Positions 19,278 to 28,724 of a stretch of 64,000 bases of DNA are shown in pieces. The stretch's first letter is position 1, and each line of letters opens with the position of its first letter. The notes under the pieces are model-generated. The model was not told where the DNA came from, made no database searches, and was given only the letters and a program-made list of their open reading frames with translations. The DNA comes from Fimbriimonadales bacterium (GTDB taxonomy: Bacteria; Armatimonadota; Fimbriimonadia; Fimbriimonadales; ATM1). Position numbers and translations under genes: made by a program. The stretch covers positions 160,001 through 224,000 of the forward strand of contig JBGTLG010000041.1 in NCBI GenBank assembly GCA_041744215.1, in the 5' to 3' direction.

Positions 19278-19720
19278 GGCGAGAACCAAACAGCATTCAA
19301 AACCTGATGATGTCGGGTTTCGGCCGGCCGGAGATCGTGCGGCTTGTCAGGGCAAGGCGCGTGTGGGCTCGCTGGAGCGAGGTAGTCGGCGAGGCGCTCG
19401 CTACGAAGTGCGCGCCGAGTCGTTTTGCGACAGGCACGTTATGGATAAAGGTGTCTGGCGCATCGTGGGCGCAAGAGATGCGAATGCAAAAGAAGCTTTT
19501 ACTTGCAAAGCTCAATGCAATCGAAAACGTTTTTGAGGATCTGCGATTTGAGGTCGGCTCAGTCGATGCGCAAGTTGTTGAGAGCGATGCTGTTCACGAG
19601 CCGATTGAACCGGAAGAAGTCGATGTGCAATTCAAAGTAGCGGAGTTTGAAGAGGTCGGGCGACGTGTTCTCGGAAAGATGAAGGCGTTGTCGCGCAAGC
19701 GCAATGTGGAAGAGAGTTGA
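19274..19720 (+). CDS. dciA: DUF721/DciA family protein
   Basis: Follows recF. WSEVVG…GTLWIKVSGASWAQEMRM pattern. Confidence 0.75.
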   Translation: MRREPNSIQNLMMSGFGRPEIVRLVRARRVWARWSEVVGEALATKCAPSRFATGTLWIKVSGASWAQEMRMQKKLLLAKLNAIENVFEDLRFEVGSVDAQVVESDAVHEPIEPEEVDVQFKVAEFEEVGRRVLGKMKALSRKRNVEES

Positions 19721-21161
19721 GAATCGCTATCCTCACTTTTGCCATAGGCCAACAGTAGCCTGTTTACCGTCGTTCTTTGCGGGTTTATTGGCAATCTATT
19801 CGTTCTGGTTCCTGTTGCTCGTTCCGATATCTTGCTTGTTTGCTCGACGATACTTGCTGCTTGCCGCCTCGCTTTTTGCGCTGGGTTTTCTGCGGAGTGT
19901 GTTTGCCCCTATCCCTGGCCCTGCGCTAGTACCTGGCGAATATGAAGTGACGGGCATAGTGACGCAGACACCAAACCTAAGGCTCAACACACAATCGTTT
20001 GTCATCCGTTCTGAAGAAAGGAAGTTACTGATCACGGCGCGGGCATCGCAGTGGGTTATGGCGGGTGACTGCGTGAAGGTTACTGGCACGGTATTGCCAA
20101 TCAAAAGCGAATCGCGTGCGTACTGGATACGCAGGGGCGTGTCGCAGTCCATGTTCGTGGTGTTTGGAGGCTCTGTCGAGTTGATAACGCCAGGCAGAGG
20201 GCTAGCAGCGATCGGCTCGGAGTGGCGCACAAGGACATGGTCGCGATTAGTCACGCACCTACCGAAGGAGCGTGCTGGCTTGGCAATGGGAATAGTCGCA
20301 GGTCAGCAAGGTCTCGTTCCCCCTCAGACACACGAGAATATGAAGCGCGCCGGAACATTGCACCTCCTCGCCACTAGTGGCTTCAACGTGCTGCTACTGG
20401 CAGGTGCGTTGATGTTTTTGATTGCCCATCTCCCAGTTCCGAAACCTGTACAGTGCGCGTTAGCAATCGCACTACTTCTGATTTATTGCTTCGCAGTTGG
20501 CTCAAAACCCCCTGTTCTCAGGGCGACGGCCATGGCGAGCACGTTCTTTGCGATTCAAGCCTTTCGGCGGACGCCAGACACGCTCTCACTCCTCGCGCTC
20601 GCAGCAATCGGGTTCGCCCTGCTCGAGCCCGCAGCGGTTCTCGACGCTGGATATCAGCTGAGCTTCCTTGCCGTTGCGGCGCTAATACTGTTTTTCCCGC
20701 CTGCTAACCGGGCCCTAGTCAAGAGAACGGCGAGCGTTCGGAGCGGCGTTGCTAAGATGGTGGCGCGGTTAGTCGGAGCTTCGCTTATCGTGACGGTAAT
20801 CGCTCAGCTCGGATCCGCTCCAATCCTCGCGTATCACTTCGGCGGAATCTCGATCGTTGCGCCGATCGCAAATCTGCTCACCGCTGCGACGGTTCCCTTT
20901 GTCTACGCTGGGGTCGGGCTTGGGCAGCTGTTCTCCTACGTTCACGATTCGGTGTCGTACGGCTTTGATTTCGGTGTTGCGGGTGTCGCATGCTCCTGGA
21001 TCGAGTGGATCAACTCCGCGCTCGGCTCGCCCGCATGGTCGTTTCTTGAGTTCGAGCCCATTCCGGGCTGGGCGGCCGCGACTTTGGTGGGCATTTTCCT
21101 CTTGTCGAGCCGGCCCTACGTTGTGAGACCGGATGAAATGGTCGACGAAGATATACTGTGA
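19704..21161 (+). CDS. comEC: ComEC/Rec2 competence membrane protein (no metallo-beta-lactamase domain)
   Basis: AGTLHLLATSGFNV, PVLRATAM, DAGYQLSFLA, ANLL motifs. Exact start uncertain. Confidence 0.88.
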   Translation: MWKRVENRYPHFCHRPTVACLPSFFAGLLAIYSFWFLLLVPISCLFARRYLLLAASLFALGFLRSVFAPIPGPALVPGEYEVTGIVTQTPNLRLNTQSFVIRSEERKLLITARASQWVMAGDCVKVTGTVLPIKSESRAYWIRRGVSQSMFVVFGGSVELITPGRGLAAIGSEWRTRTWSRLVTHLPKERAGLAMGIVAGQQGLVPPQTHENMKRAGTLHLLATSGFNVLLLAGALMFLIAHLPVPKPVQCALAIALLLIYCFAVGSKPPVLRATAMASTFFAIQAFRRTPDTLSLLALAAIGFALLEPAAVLDAGYQLSFLAVAALILFFPPANRALVKRTASVRSGVAKMVARLVGASLIVTVIAQLGSAPILAYHFGGISIVAPIANLLTAATVPFVYAGVGLGQLFSYVHDSVSYGFDFGVAGVACSWIEWINSALGSPAWSFLEFEPIPGWAAATLVGIFLLSSRPYVVRPDEMVDEDIL

Positions 21162-21165
21162 TTCA

Positions 21166-21543
21166 ATGCCGTAGTCGCTTGAAGACTACGCCAACGCAGC
21201 TCGTGAGACGGTTTCCGAAATCCAACCCGTTGACGTCGAACGCTTCGTTTCTGAGGGATGGATTCTGCTGGATGTTCGCGAACCGGATGAGTTCAGCGAA
21301 GGACACATCGAAGGCGCATACAATGTGCCAAGAGGAATGCTTGAGGTGCGAGCGGACCACGAACACCGTAAGCGCGACCCTAAGCTGCAAGATCGGGCAC
21401 TTCGGATTGTATGTTACTGCGGCGGTGGCTATCGTAGCCTCCTTGCCGCAAAGGTTCTGAAAGAGATGGGATTTGCGGATGCAGTCAGTTTGTCCGGCGG
21501 CTGGCGGAGTTGGACGAAAGCAGGATTACAGACCACTCGCTAA
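21166..21543 (+). pseudogene. Rhodanese-like sulfurtransferase with in-frame TAG at codon 3
   Basis: ATG CCG TAG TCG CTT…, then an uninterrupted frame: LLDVREPDEFSEGHIEGA…YCGGGYRS…LSGGWRSW. Confidence 0.75.
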
Positions 21544-21655
21544 GGCGACGATCGCGATTTACAACACCGACTCGCCCTGCCCGTTACCGATCCCCCCACA
21601 TTCTCTATGACACTGAAAACTCAATATGCTGAGTTGCGCCGCGTCATTCCAGAAC

Positions 21656-22960
21656 TTAAGGCTGCAGTTCGACGACGAAGCGCGCATAGCTCTCGTAGCC
21701 TGACCGCCGCCCGGTTCTCGCATCGGAAGACGAAAGGCTCACGCCCGCGCTGTGGACGACCAATCTGTTGCCAGTAACGAGGAACTTCAGCGGATCATCG
21801 CTGAGTGGATCTGCGGGGTCGACACCCGCGAGGTCCGCGGCCTCCGATAACGTTGGCCACGCGCCTGCTTCCTGCCGGAGCCGGACCGCAGCGACCCCGA
21901 TGCGCGTGACTTTACAGGCCGCGCTCGCCAGGAGAACTTGCTCGGCGACCCGGTGGAACCGCGGCGCTAACCACTTTGCGAGGCCCATGCCCGGATCGAG
22001 GAACGCACTCGTGGCGCGGAGCTTGCGTCGAACTTCGGTCAGCGCTTCCGGATCCGGCCAAACGCACGCACTTTCGACCGTGTACACAGCCAGAGCCTCC
22101 TCTGCGCCTCCGCCGCCCCTCACGTAATACCAATCATGAACGCCTCCGCTTCGATGCATGTACGAAGACGCTGGCCGCTCAGAGTTACGAATCTCTTGAG
22201 TTGCGTGACGGAGGCCCGCCAGTTCTTCGCCAAGGACATTCGGCGAAATGTCAATGTTAAGTTGGTTCGCCACGCTCTGTAACTTTGAGAGCCCCTCTGC
22301 GTTCTGCTGTAATCCAACTGTTGCAGCAGCGATTGTATACGACAGCGAATGCAACGTGGAAGCTGTCGCAGTTGTGCCGGCGAGAAACGGTTGCGCGTCC
22401 ATGATCTTGATGATTTGGAGGCAGGACTCAAAGTCGTCGATCGCTCCGTCAGCATCGTCAAGTCGGGCGCACAAAACCGCTCGAGCGGAGATGAGCAAGA
22501 TCGCATCACGAAAGTCTCCTAGTTCAGGAAACAGCTCGGAGTACGGACCGCTCCACTTCTTCTCTTGGACAAATGGGCCCAGCGCTGCCGCCTCCTTGTA
22601 GAGCTTAATCTTGTCGCTCGCGGCAGCCATCACGATCTTTGCTGTGCGGAGGTCTGTGTGCTGGCGCACTCGCAGCCCGCGCACCACCTCCGCGGGTCGG
22701 ATGCCCTCGGGGAGTGCGCCGAACGCCGGTGCAGCTCGAGCCCTTGCCCACGCCTCCTCGGCGCGAAGGTTCGGCCCCGGGAGGGCGGCTACCATTTCCT
22801 CAAGATCGGTGACGAGACCCATTGATTTCGCCTCGGACAGAGCGTCCTCCAGCGGACCGGCTGCCCCCCCGTTGGCAATGATGCGCGCGATGGCAAGCGC
22901 CGCCATACCCAGGAGAAGAAGCGCGAACCCTGTTCCGAGAAGAAACCTTCTGCGGGTCAT
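21656..22960 (-). CDS. Hypothetical membrane-anchored protein
   Basis: N-terminal TM helix, helical body, C-terminal G-x-WP…DP…L-V-H-S-A-G motif reminiscent of pseudopilin C-termini. Confidence 0.65.
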   Translation of the reverse strand: MTRRRFLLGTGFALLLLGMAALAIARIIANGGAAGPLEDALSEAKSMGLVTDLEEMVAALPGPNLRAEEAWARARAAPAFGALPEGIRPAEVVRGLRVRQHTDLRTAKIVMAAASDKIKLYKEAAALGPFVQEKKWSGPYSELFPELGDFRDAILLISARAVLCARLDDADGAIDDFESCLQIIKIMDAQPFLAGTTATASTLHSLSYTIAAATVGLQQNAEGLSKLQSVANQLNIDISPNVLGEELAGLRHATQEIRNSERPASSYMHRSGGVHDWYYVRGGGGAEEALAVYTVESACVWPDPEALTEVRRKLRATSAFLDPGMGLAKWLAPRFHRVAEQVLLASAACKVTRIGVAAVRLRQEAGAWPTLSEAADLAGVDPADPLSDDPLKFLVTGNRLVVHSAGVSLSSSDARTGRRSGYESYARFVVELQP

Positions 22961-23000
22961 CTTGCATTCATACGTATTTGCGGCGCAGAACGTAAGCAGG

Positions 23001-25613
23001 CTACATAGCTCGAAACTGAGAGATGCGCGTGTTCATTTTGTCAATTTGCGCTTCGAGGCTTCCCACCGCTTGCTGGTCGCGCTCAACGATTTCGGGCTTT
23101 GCCCGCTCGACGAAGCTTGGGTTATCGAGCCGCGCGCGAATCGGTTTCAGTTCTTCTTGCAGCTTGGTCATCTCCTTTTCCAGCCGCGCCAACTCTTTCG
23201 CCGGATCCACGAGGCCCTCGACCGGGAGGTGGATATCCACGCCTTCGACGGTCGAACTGACGTGCACTGCGTGCGGAGTGGACTCTTCTATCTTTTCAAA
23301 CCTCGCCTGCGTACGGATCATTTCTGTGTCGCCGTCAAAACCGACGACGTGCAGCGTTGGCAAAACCAGACCGGGAGATAGTCCGAACTCTTGTCGCAGG
23401 TTTCTTGCCGAACGAACGATCTCTTGCCTTATGGCCATTTCCGCTTCCGCAGGGCTGTCATGCCATTCCTCTGGCGCTTCTGGCCAATCTACGTAGTCGA
23501 GGAAAGCTCCGTCGTCGACGCCTGGGAGCTTGTGCCAGATTTCCTCTGTGATGTGCGGCATAAACGGGTGCATGAGCCTGCAGAACGAATCCATGCACGT
23601 GTAAAGCACTCGCTGTGGCGTCACCCGACTTGCGTTATCTGCAAGTCGGGACTTCACAATCTCGATGTACCAGTCGCAGAAATCGCTCCAAAAGAATTCA
23701 TTGAGCGCTTTGCAGGCGTCCATCATGTTGTAATTCTTTAGGGCGTCATTAACCGCCTTAGAACACCCGTAGAGCCTTGAAAGAATCCATTTGTCCTCAA
23801 GTTTTAGATCGGTTAGTTCACCGTGCTCATAGCCTTCAAGATTCATTAGCACGAACCGGGATGCGTTCCAAATCTTGTTGCAGAAGTTTCGGGCCTCCTC
23901 GATGCGCTTATCACCAAATCGTATCTCTTGGTTGTGTCCGGTTTGAACAAGCAACGAGAAGCGCATTGCGTCTGCGCCGAAGTTGTCGATGTAGGCAAGC
24001 GGATCCACCCCTGTTCCGAGGGACTTGCTCATGCGCTTCCCGTCGTCGGTAAGCACGGTCGCGTAAACATATACGTCGCGGAACGGCACTTCTTTCATCT
24101 GATCGAGTCCGTCCATGATCATTCTTGCAACCCAGAGATAAATGATGTCGCGTGCTGTCACAAGAACGTTCGTCGGATAGTAGTCACGCAGCGTATCGGT
24201 TTCCTCTGGCCAACCGAGCGTTGCGAATGGCCATAGCGCGCTCGAAAACCACGTGTCGAGCACGTCCGGGTCCGCCGTTACTGGCTTTCCGGCCTTCACT
24301 TCGGCCTCGCGCTCGTTCATAGCCGCGACGGCCGTGCCGTCATCTGTGTAGTAGACAGGTACTCGGTGGCCCCACCAGAGTTGCCTGCTCAGGCACCAGT
24401 CTCGGATGTTCTCCATCCAGCTCAGATACACATCAGTATAACGTTCCGGCGTAAACTTTACATTTCCAGATCGAACGGCCTCGATCGCCGGTGCTGCGAG
24501 TGCTTTCATCCTGCAGAACCACTGCTCGCTTAGCAGCGGCTCAATCACCTGCCCGCTGCGGTCACTGATCTTCAGAGGAATGTCGTAGTCCTCGATCTTC
24601 TCGACAAGGCCCTGCGCCTCCATTTCGGCAACGATGCGCTTTCGCGCTTCGTAGCGATCCAATCCGTGAAATGGAGTGCCCTCCGCTATCACCTTTGCGT
24701 TTTCGTCGATGCAAACAGGAACTGTGTTGATGTCGATTCCCATTCGCATTCCAACTTCATAGTCGTTGGGATCGTGAGCCGGTGTTATCTTGACTGCACC
24801 GCTTCCAAACTCTGGGTCTGGGTATTCATCCAGAATCAGCGGTATCTCGCGATCCGTCAACGGTAAGCGCAACATTTTGCCGGTGAGGTTTTTGTATCGC
24901 GCATCCTTTGGATTTACTGCGACTGCAACGTCGGCGAGCATCGTCTCGGGCCGGGTCGTCGCGATGACCACATGGCCGGATCCGTCGGCGAGCGGATACT
25001 TGAAATGGTATAACTTTCCTCGCCTAACTTCATCATATACTTCGATATCGCTTACGCTGGTCTTTAGGCCTGGATCCCAATTCACGATGCGCTTTCCTCG
25101 GTAGATGAGGCCCCGTTCGTACCAGTCGATGAACACTTTCAGAACTGCGTCGTGGTAAGCGGGATCCATCGTGAATCGCTCGCGGCTCCAATCGTAAGCG
25201 AATCCCAATCGTTTGAACTGCTTGAGAATGGTTCCGCCTGATTCGTCTTTCCACTTCCACACGCGATCGACAAACAGTTCACGGCCCAAATCGAATCGCG
25301 TTTTTCCTTCCGCTTTGAGTTGCGCTTCGACAACTTTTTGCGTTGCGATTCCCGCGTGATCGGTGCCAGGAAGAACAAGCACTTCAAAGCCTTGCATTCT
25401 TTTCCATCGCCCTAAGACGTCTTGAATGGAGTAACAGAGGGCATGCCCCATATGAAGGCTGCCAGTGACGTTGGGCGGCGGGATCGTGATGCAATACCGC
25501 CGGTCAGACCGGCGATACTCTGGCCGGAAAAGCCCGGCAAACTCCCAATTGCGATACCATTTTTCTTCCACCTGCTTCGGATCGTAGCGGGTGGAAAGCG
25601 TCGAATCCGTCAT
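23001..25613 (-). CDS. valS: Valine--tRNA ligase
   Basis: PPPNVTGSLHMGH, ATTRPETML, DWCLSRQLWWGH, RMSKS, C-terminal coiled coil. Confidence 0.98.
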   Translation of the reverse strand: MTDSTLSTRYDPKQVEEKWYRNWEFAGLFRPEYRRSDRRYCITIPPPNVTGSLHMGHALCYSIQDVLGRWKRMQGFEVLVLPGTDHAGIATQKVVEAQLKAEGKTRFDLGRELFVDRVWKWKDESGGTILKQFKRLGFAYDWSRERFTMDPAYHDAVLKVFIDWYERGLIYRGKRIVNWDPGLKTSVSDIEVYDEVRRGKLYHFKYPLADGSGHVVIATTRPETMLADVAVAVNPKDARYKNLTGKMLRLPLTDREIPLILDEYPDPEFGSGAVKITPAHDPNDYEVGMRMGIDINTVPVCIDENAKVIAEGTPFHGLDRYEARKRIVAEMEAQGLVEKIEDYDIPLKISDRSGQVIEPLLSEQWFCRMKALAAPAIEAVRSGNVKFTPERYTDVYLSWMENIRDWCLSRQLWWGHRVPVYYTDDGTAVAAMNEREAEVKAGKPVTADPDVLDTWFSSALWPFATLGWPEETDTLRDYYPTNVLVTARDIIYLWVARMIMDGLDQMKEVPFRDVYVYATVLTDDGKRMSKSLGTGVDPLAYIDNFGADAMRFSLLVQTGHNQEIRFGDKRIEEARNFCNKIWNASRFVLMNLEGYEHGELTDLKLEDKWILSRLYGCSKAVNDALKNYNMMDACKALNEFFWSDFCDWYIEIVKSRLADNASRVTPQRVLYTCMDSFCRLMHPFMPHITEEIWHKLPGVDDGAFLDYVDWPEAPEEWHDSPAEAEMAIRQEIVRSARNLRQEFGLSPGLVLPTLHVVGFDGDTEMIRTQARFEKIEESTPHAVHVSSTVEGVDIHLPVEGLVDPAKELARLEKEMTKLQEELKPIRARLDNPSFVERAKPEIVERDQQAVGSLEAQIDKMNTRISQFRAM

Positions 25614-25650
25614 TCGATTTCACCTTCCTGTCGCGAAAGCTGGCGGAAGT

Positions 25651-26142
25651 TTACCTTTCAGAATCGATGACGGTCTTGATCGCGTCGTAAGACTCTTCGA
25701 GGCTCTGCGGCAGGACCCGCACCTCACCGACAACCGGCATAAAGTTGGTATCGCCCGACCACCTTGGCACGATGTGCCAGTGGAGATGATCCTCTATGCC
25801 TGCCCCTGCGGCTCGGCCGAGATTCGCTCCTACATTGAAGCCCTCTGGGTGATATGCCGCCGACAGCCAACGGATGCAGTCGCGGACGAGCTGCTGTACC
25901 TCAAGCAACTCACTATCATCGAGGTCAGCCATGTCAGATGTGTGTTTATAAGGCGCGACCATGAGGTGGCCATTGTTATAAGGAAATGCGTTCATGATAA
26001 CGAACGCAGTTGTGCCGCGAAAGATGATGAGGTTTTTGCGGTCGTCCGATTCAGCGGGCAAGTCGACGAAGATGCACTCGCCCCCCCCGTCTTTGGCGGC
26101 TTTGATGTAAGCGTATCTCCAGGGGGCCCAGAGCCGATCCAT
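25651..26142 (-). CDS. HIT family hydrolase (Ap4A phosphorylase-like)
   Basis: LWAPWR, CIF, NAFPYNNGHLMV, HLHWHIVPRW. Confidence 0.92.
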   Translation of the reverse strand: MDRLWAPWRYAYIKAAKDGGGECIFVDLPAESDDRKNLIIFRGTTAFVIMNAFPYNNGHLMVAPYKHTSDMADLDDSELLEVQQLVRDCIRWLSAAYHPEGFNVGANLGRAAGAGIEDHLHWHIVPRWSGDTNFMPVVGEVRVLPQSLEESYDAIKTVIDSER

Positions 26143-26558
26143 CAGTCCTTCACCGGCGAATTGACAATGAGGATACGTGTTACCTGCTCGTCTGCCGAGA
26201 TCTCGACCTTGATGTAGCCTCCTGCGCGCTCAAAGGTGAGTGATTTCGGTCTGGCGACCTCAATGTCCGGCTCGCCCAGCTTTTCCCGGTAGAACGCTTC
26301 GACTTCCTTCGCGATTGACTTCGTCGCGAACTCAGCGCGCTTGAGGGTTCCGGGGCCTTTAATCTCGGTTGTGAATGATATGACGTCAGAGCCTGGGAAG
26401 ATCGGCGCGCCCAGATCCTGCTCCGTGACTGTAGGCGTGTACATCGTCGGCAGCTTTCTTTGGCGCGGCGTGGTGTCGCTGGCCGGAGCATCCGATTCGA
26501 GCGACGCTCCGCAACCCACCGAAACAGCGATAGTCAGCGCCGAAAGCAGCATTCTCAT
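26142..26558 (-). CDS. Hypothetical lipoprotein
   Basis: Lipobox SVGC after a hydrophobic stretch. Leaderless-type TACAGT 8 nt upstream. Confidence 0.7.
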   Translation of the reverse strand: MRMLLSALTIAVSVGCGASLESDAPASDTTPRQRKLPTMYTPTVTEQDLGAPIFPGSDVISFTTEIKGPGTLKRAEFATKSIAKEVEAFYREKLGEPDIEVARPKSLTFERAGGYIKVEISADEQVTRILIVNSPVKD

Positions 26559-26616
26559 GACGGGAAACTGTACCTTCCAATGTTGCTGTCGCCCAACTGT
26601 CGAGTAAGATTGTCGC

Positions 26617-27159
26617 GTGGCAGTGATCAGGCGGTATCGAAGTCTCGCTCCTTTCACAGCCGAGGAGTTGGTGGACGCGGCAAACCGCTTGCTCCGCACC
26701 GGTCGCGGGAGGGAGTTGACAAAACGGACCGTGCGCTACTACGTGTCCCAGGGATTGATCCCCCCACCGCTAGGTCCATCCAAGTTCGCGAGGTACACCT
26801 ATCAGCACCTCCTCCTGCTTCTAATCGTGCGCGCCTCGCTCGACCACGGCCACCGTTTAGAGCTCATCGCGAAGAACCTTGCTGACCTTGAAAGCGCTCC
26901 GGACGAAGCCCTCGAGGCCGAGGCGGCTAGATGGCTAAGGGGGGAGCACAGCGAACAACACAAGGCATTCGAATCCTCATTCGCAGCCGGCATGGTCATG
27001 GAGCCTGCGCTCGAATACGCTTCGCCGGGCCCTGCCTTTGGGAAGCTCGTCCTTCGGATCGAACTGACTCGGCATACGACGCTCGAGGTCGATGCGGGCG
27101 CCGACCTCCGATCGGAGCTTCGTGCGGCACTAGCAGAACTTAGAAGAAAAGTCGATTGA
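26617..27159 (+). CDS. MerR-like HTH transcriptional regulator
   Basis: LTKRTVRYYVSQGLIPPP…ARYTYQHL. Confidence 0.85.
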   Translation: MAVIRRYRSLAPFTAEELVDAANRLLRTGRGRELTKRTVRYYVSQGLIPPPLGPSKFARYTYQHLLLLLIVRASLDHGHRLELIAKNLADLESAPDEALEAEAARWLRGEHSEQHKAFESSFAAGMVMEPALEYASPGPAFGKLVLRIELTRHTTLEVDAGADLRSELRAALAELRRKVD

Positions 27160-27163
27160 CCTC

Positions 27164-27192
27164 TTGACAGTTCACGACAGTTGCGGTACACT
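27164..27192 (+). promoter_or_regulatory. Sigma-70 promoter of the vWA gene
   Basis: TTGACA (27164-27169), 17 nt, TACACT (27187-27192). GAGGAGG SD downstream. Confidence 0.75.
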
Positions 27193-27241
27193 ATAGCTGT
27201 CGTGCAACTGTACGGCAATTCAAAATGCGAGGAGGTCGCAC

Positions 27242-28675
27242 ATGAAGCACCAAGAAGTCCCCCTTTCTGCGGAGGTCATCGCCCACAAGGACGAGGCTTG
27301 CCGCTTACTTATGATTCGCGTGTCTGCCGCAGAGATCGAGAGCGAGACACGCCCTCCCGCTCGTGTAGCTATCGTCCTTGACAGGAGCGGTTCTATGTCT
27401 GGTGGCCCGATAACGGTCGCTCGATCAGCGGCAGCGCGTCTGATCAGGTCGCTGGACAAGCAAGATAGGGTCGCCGCGGTCGCTTTCGACCACATCGTGG
27501 AGCAGCTTGCCCCGATGGCTGCTCCGTCGGAGGGCCTGGCCAAGTTGGTCGAGCGTATCGAAGTGAGAGGAAGCACCAATCTCCACGGTGGTTGGCTTGC
27601 CGGCTCGAAGTCGGTCGGCCGTGGTGGGCGCGTGATTCTGCTTTCAGACGGACACGCGAACGCAGGCGCTCACGTTGACGCCGAGGCGCTCGCTCGCCAA
27701 GCTAGCCGCGCTTACTCAAAGTACAAGGTCACGACCACGACTATCGGAGTCGGAGTCAACTACGACGAGTCGCTGATGGCTGGCATGGCGAGGCAAGGAG
27801 GAGGCTCCCACTACTTCGCCACGGATGTCGAGTCGATCATGGCTGCATTTTCTCAGGAGAGAATGAACATCGGCGAGATCGTCATCGAGCACGTCACGGC
27901 TACTGTCGCGGGTGAGGAACGTCCGCTGGGTCACTTTTGGTCTGGAGAAACGAAGACGATTGTAATCCCCGTTGAGACAGACGCTCCTGTGCCGATTCTC
28001 GTACGCTACACGCTCGCCGGGTCCGATGAAGAATTGCTGCTTCTCCCGGCGTTCCCGACCGAGTTCGGCAAGAACGACGAGGTTACGCTTGAGTACTCTT
28101 TCTCGATCGCGGCGGAGATCGAAGATGAAGTGGCGGGAGTTCACAGTTCTGAACACGCTGGCGCAGTTCGCCAGCGCGCTCGCGACTTGCAGCTATCGCT
28201 CCTCAACCATCCTCTTTCGGAAACCACGCCAGCCCAGGCGGTCATCGAAAGGATGGATCAGCTGATCGTCGCAATGGAACAACTCGAACGCGAGTACGAC
28301 GAAGGCTTCGCTGTGTATCAGCGCAAGCGGGGCGCGCAATACGCTCACAATTTCCTCGAGTCGACGAGGGCGTTCGGACTCGTTCGTGAGGACGCCGAGA
28401 TACTGGCGGGCCTTCGCGCGCGCAGCGTGACGGAGGCTCGTTCGATCGAACCAGATCCTTCCGCGCTTCAGCTCGCGTCGCTGGAGCAGTGGGAGAAGTG
28501 GAGCGCACTGCCGATCGATTGCTCGAGGTCGGTTACAGTCGCGCTCGAGAACCCTCAAGACGGGTTCCTACTCGATGAGATATCGAAAGCGATTGGCAAG
28601 CGCGTTCGCGCGTATCGAACAGCCGTGCCGGTGGCGACTATCCAAGCGGGCTTGCTCAAGTTAGGGCATGCGTGA
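27242..28675 (+). CDS. vWA domain protein with C-terminal T2SSE_N-like domain
   Basis: MIDAS VLDRSGSMSG, GSTNL, ILLSDGHAN. C-terminal LPI…VTVALENPQD…LDEISKAIGKRV. Confidence 0.85.
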   Translation: MKHQEVPLSAEVIAHKDEACRLLMIRVSAAEIESETRPPARVAIVLDRSGSMSGGPITVARSAAARLIRSLDKQDRVAAVAFDHIVEQLAPMAAPSEGLAKLVERIEVRGSTNLHGGWLAGSKSVGRGGRVILLSDGHANAGAHVDAEALARQASRAYSKYKVTTTTIGVGVNYDESLMAGMARQGGGSHYFATDVESIMAAFSQERMNIGEIVIEHVTATVAGEERPLGHFWSGETKTIVIPVETDAPVPILVRYTLAGSDEELLLLPAFPTEFGKNDEVTLEYSFSIAAEIEDEVAGVHSSEHAGAVRQRARDLQLSLLNHPLSETTPAQAVIERMDQLIVAMEQLEREYDEGFAVYQRKRGAQYAHNFLESTRAFGLVREDAEILAGLRARSVTEARSIEPDPSALQLASLEQWEKWSALPIDCSRSVTVALENPQDGFLLDEISKAIGKRVRAYRTAVPVATIQAGLLKLGHA

Positions 28676-28682
28676 GGCAATT

Positions 28683-28709
28683 CCGGGCGGAGGCGCGTCC
28701 TCCGCCCGG
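28683..28709 (+). terminator. GC-rich hairpin after the vWA gene
   Basis: CCGGGCGGAGG-CGCGT-CCTCCGCCCGG perfect stem; no U-tract. Confidence 0.5.
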
Positions 28710-28724
28710 GTAAAACCCTGGTCT

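Noticed and set aside
21172-21174. Amber recoding (pyrrolysine or stop reassignment)
   Set aside because: TAG is used as a normal stop in several conserved genes, and no pyl genes are present in the window.
21158-21460. 100-aa + strand ORF after comEC
   Set aside because: Alternate frame of the rhodanese gene, whose motifs lie in the frame starting at 21166.
25591-26217. 208-aa + strand ORF
   Set aside because: Antisense to the well-supported HIT gene.
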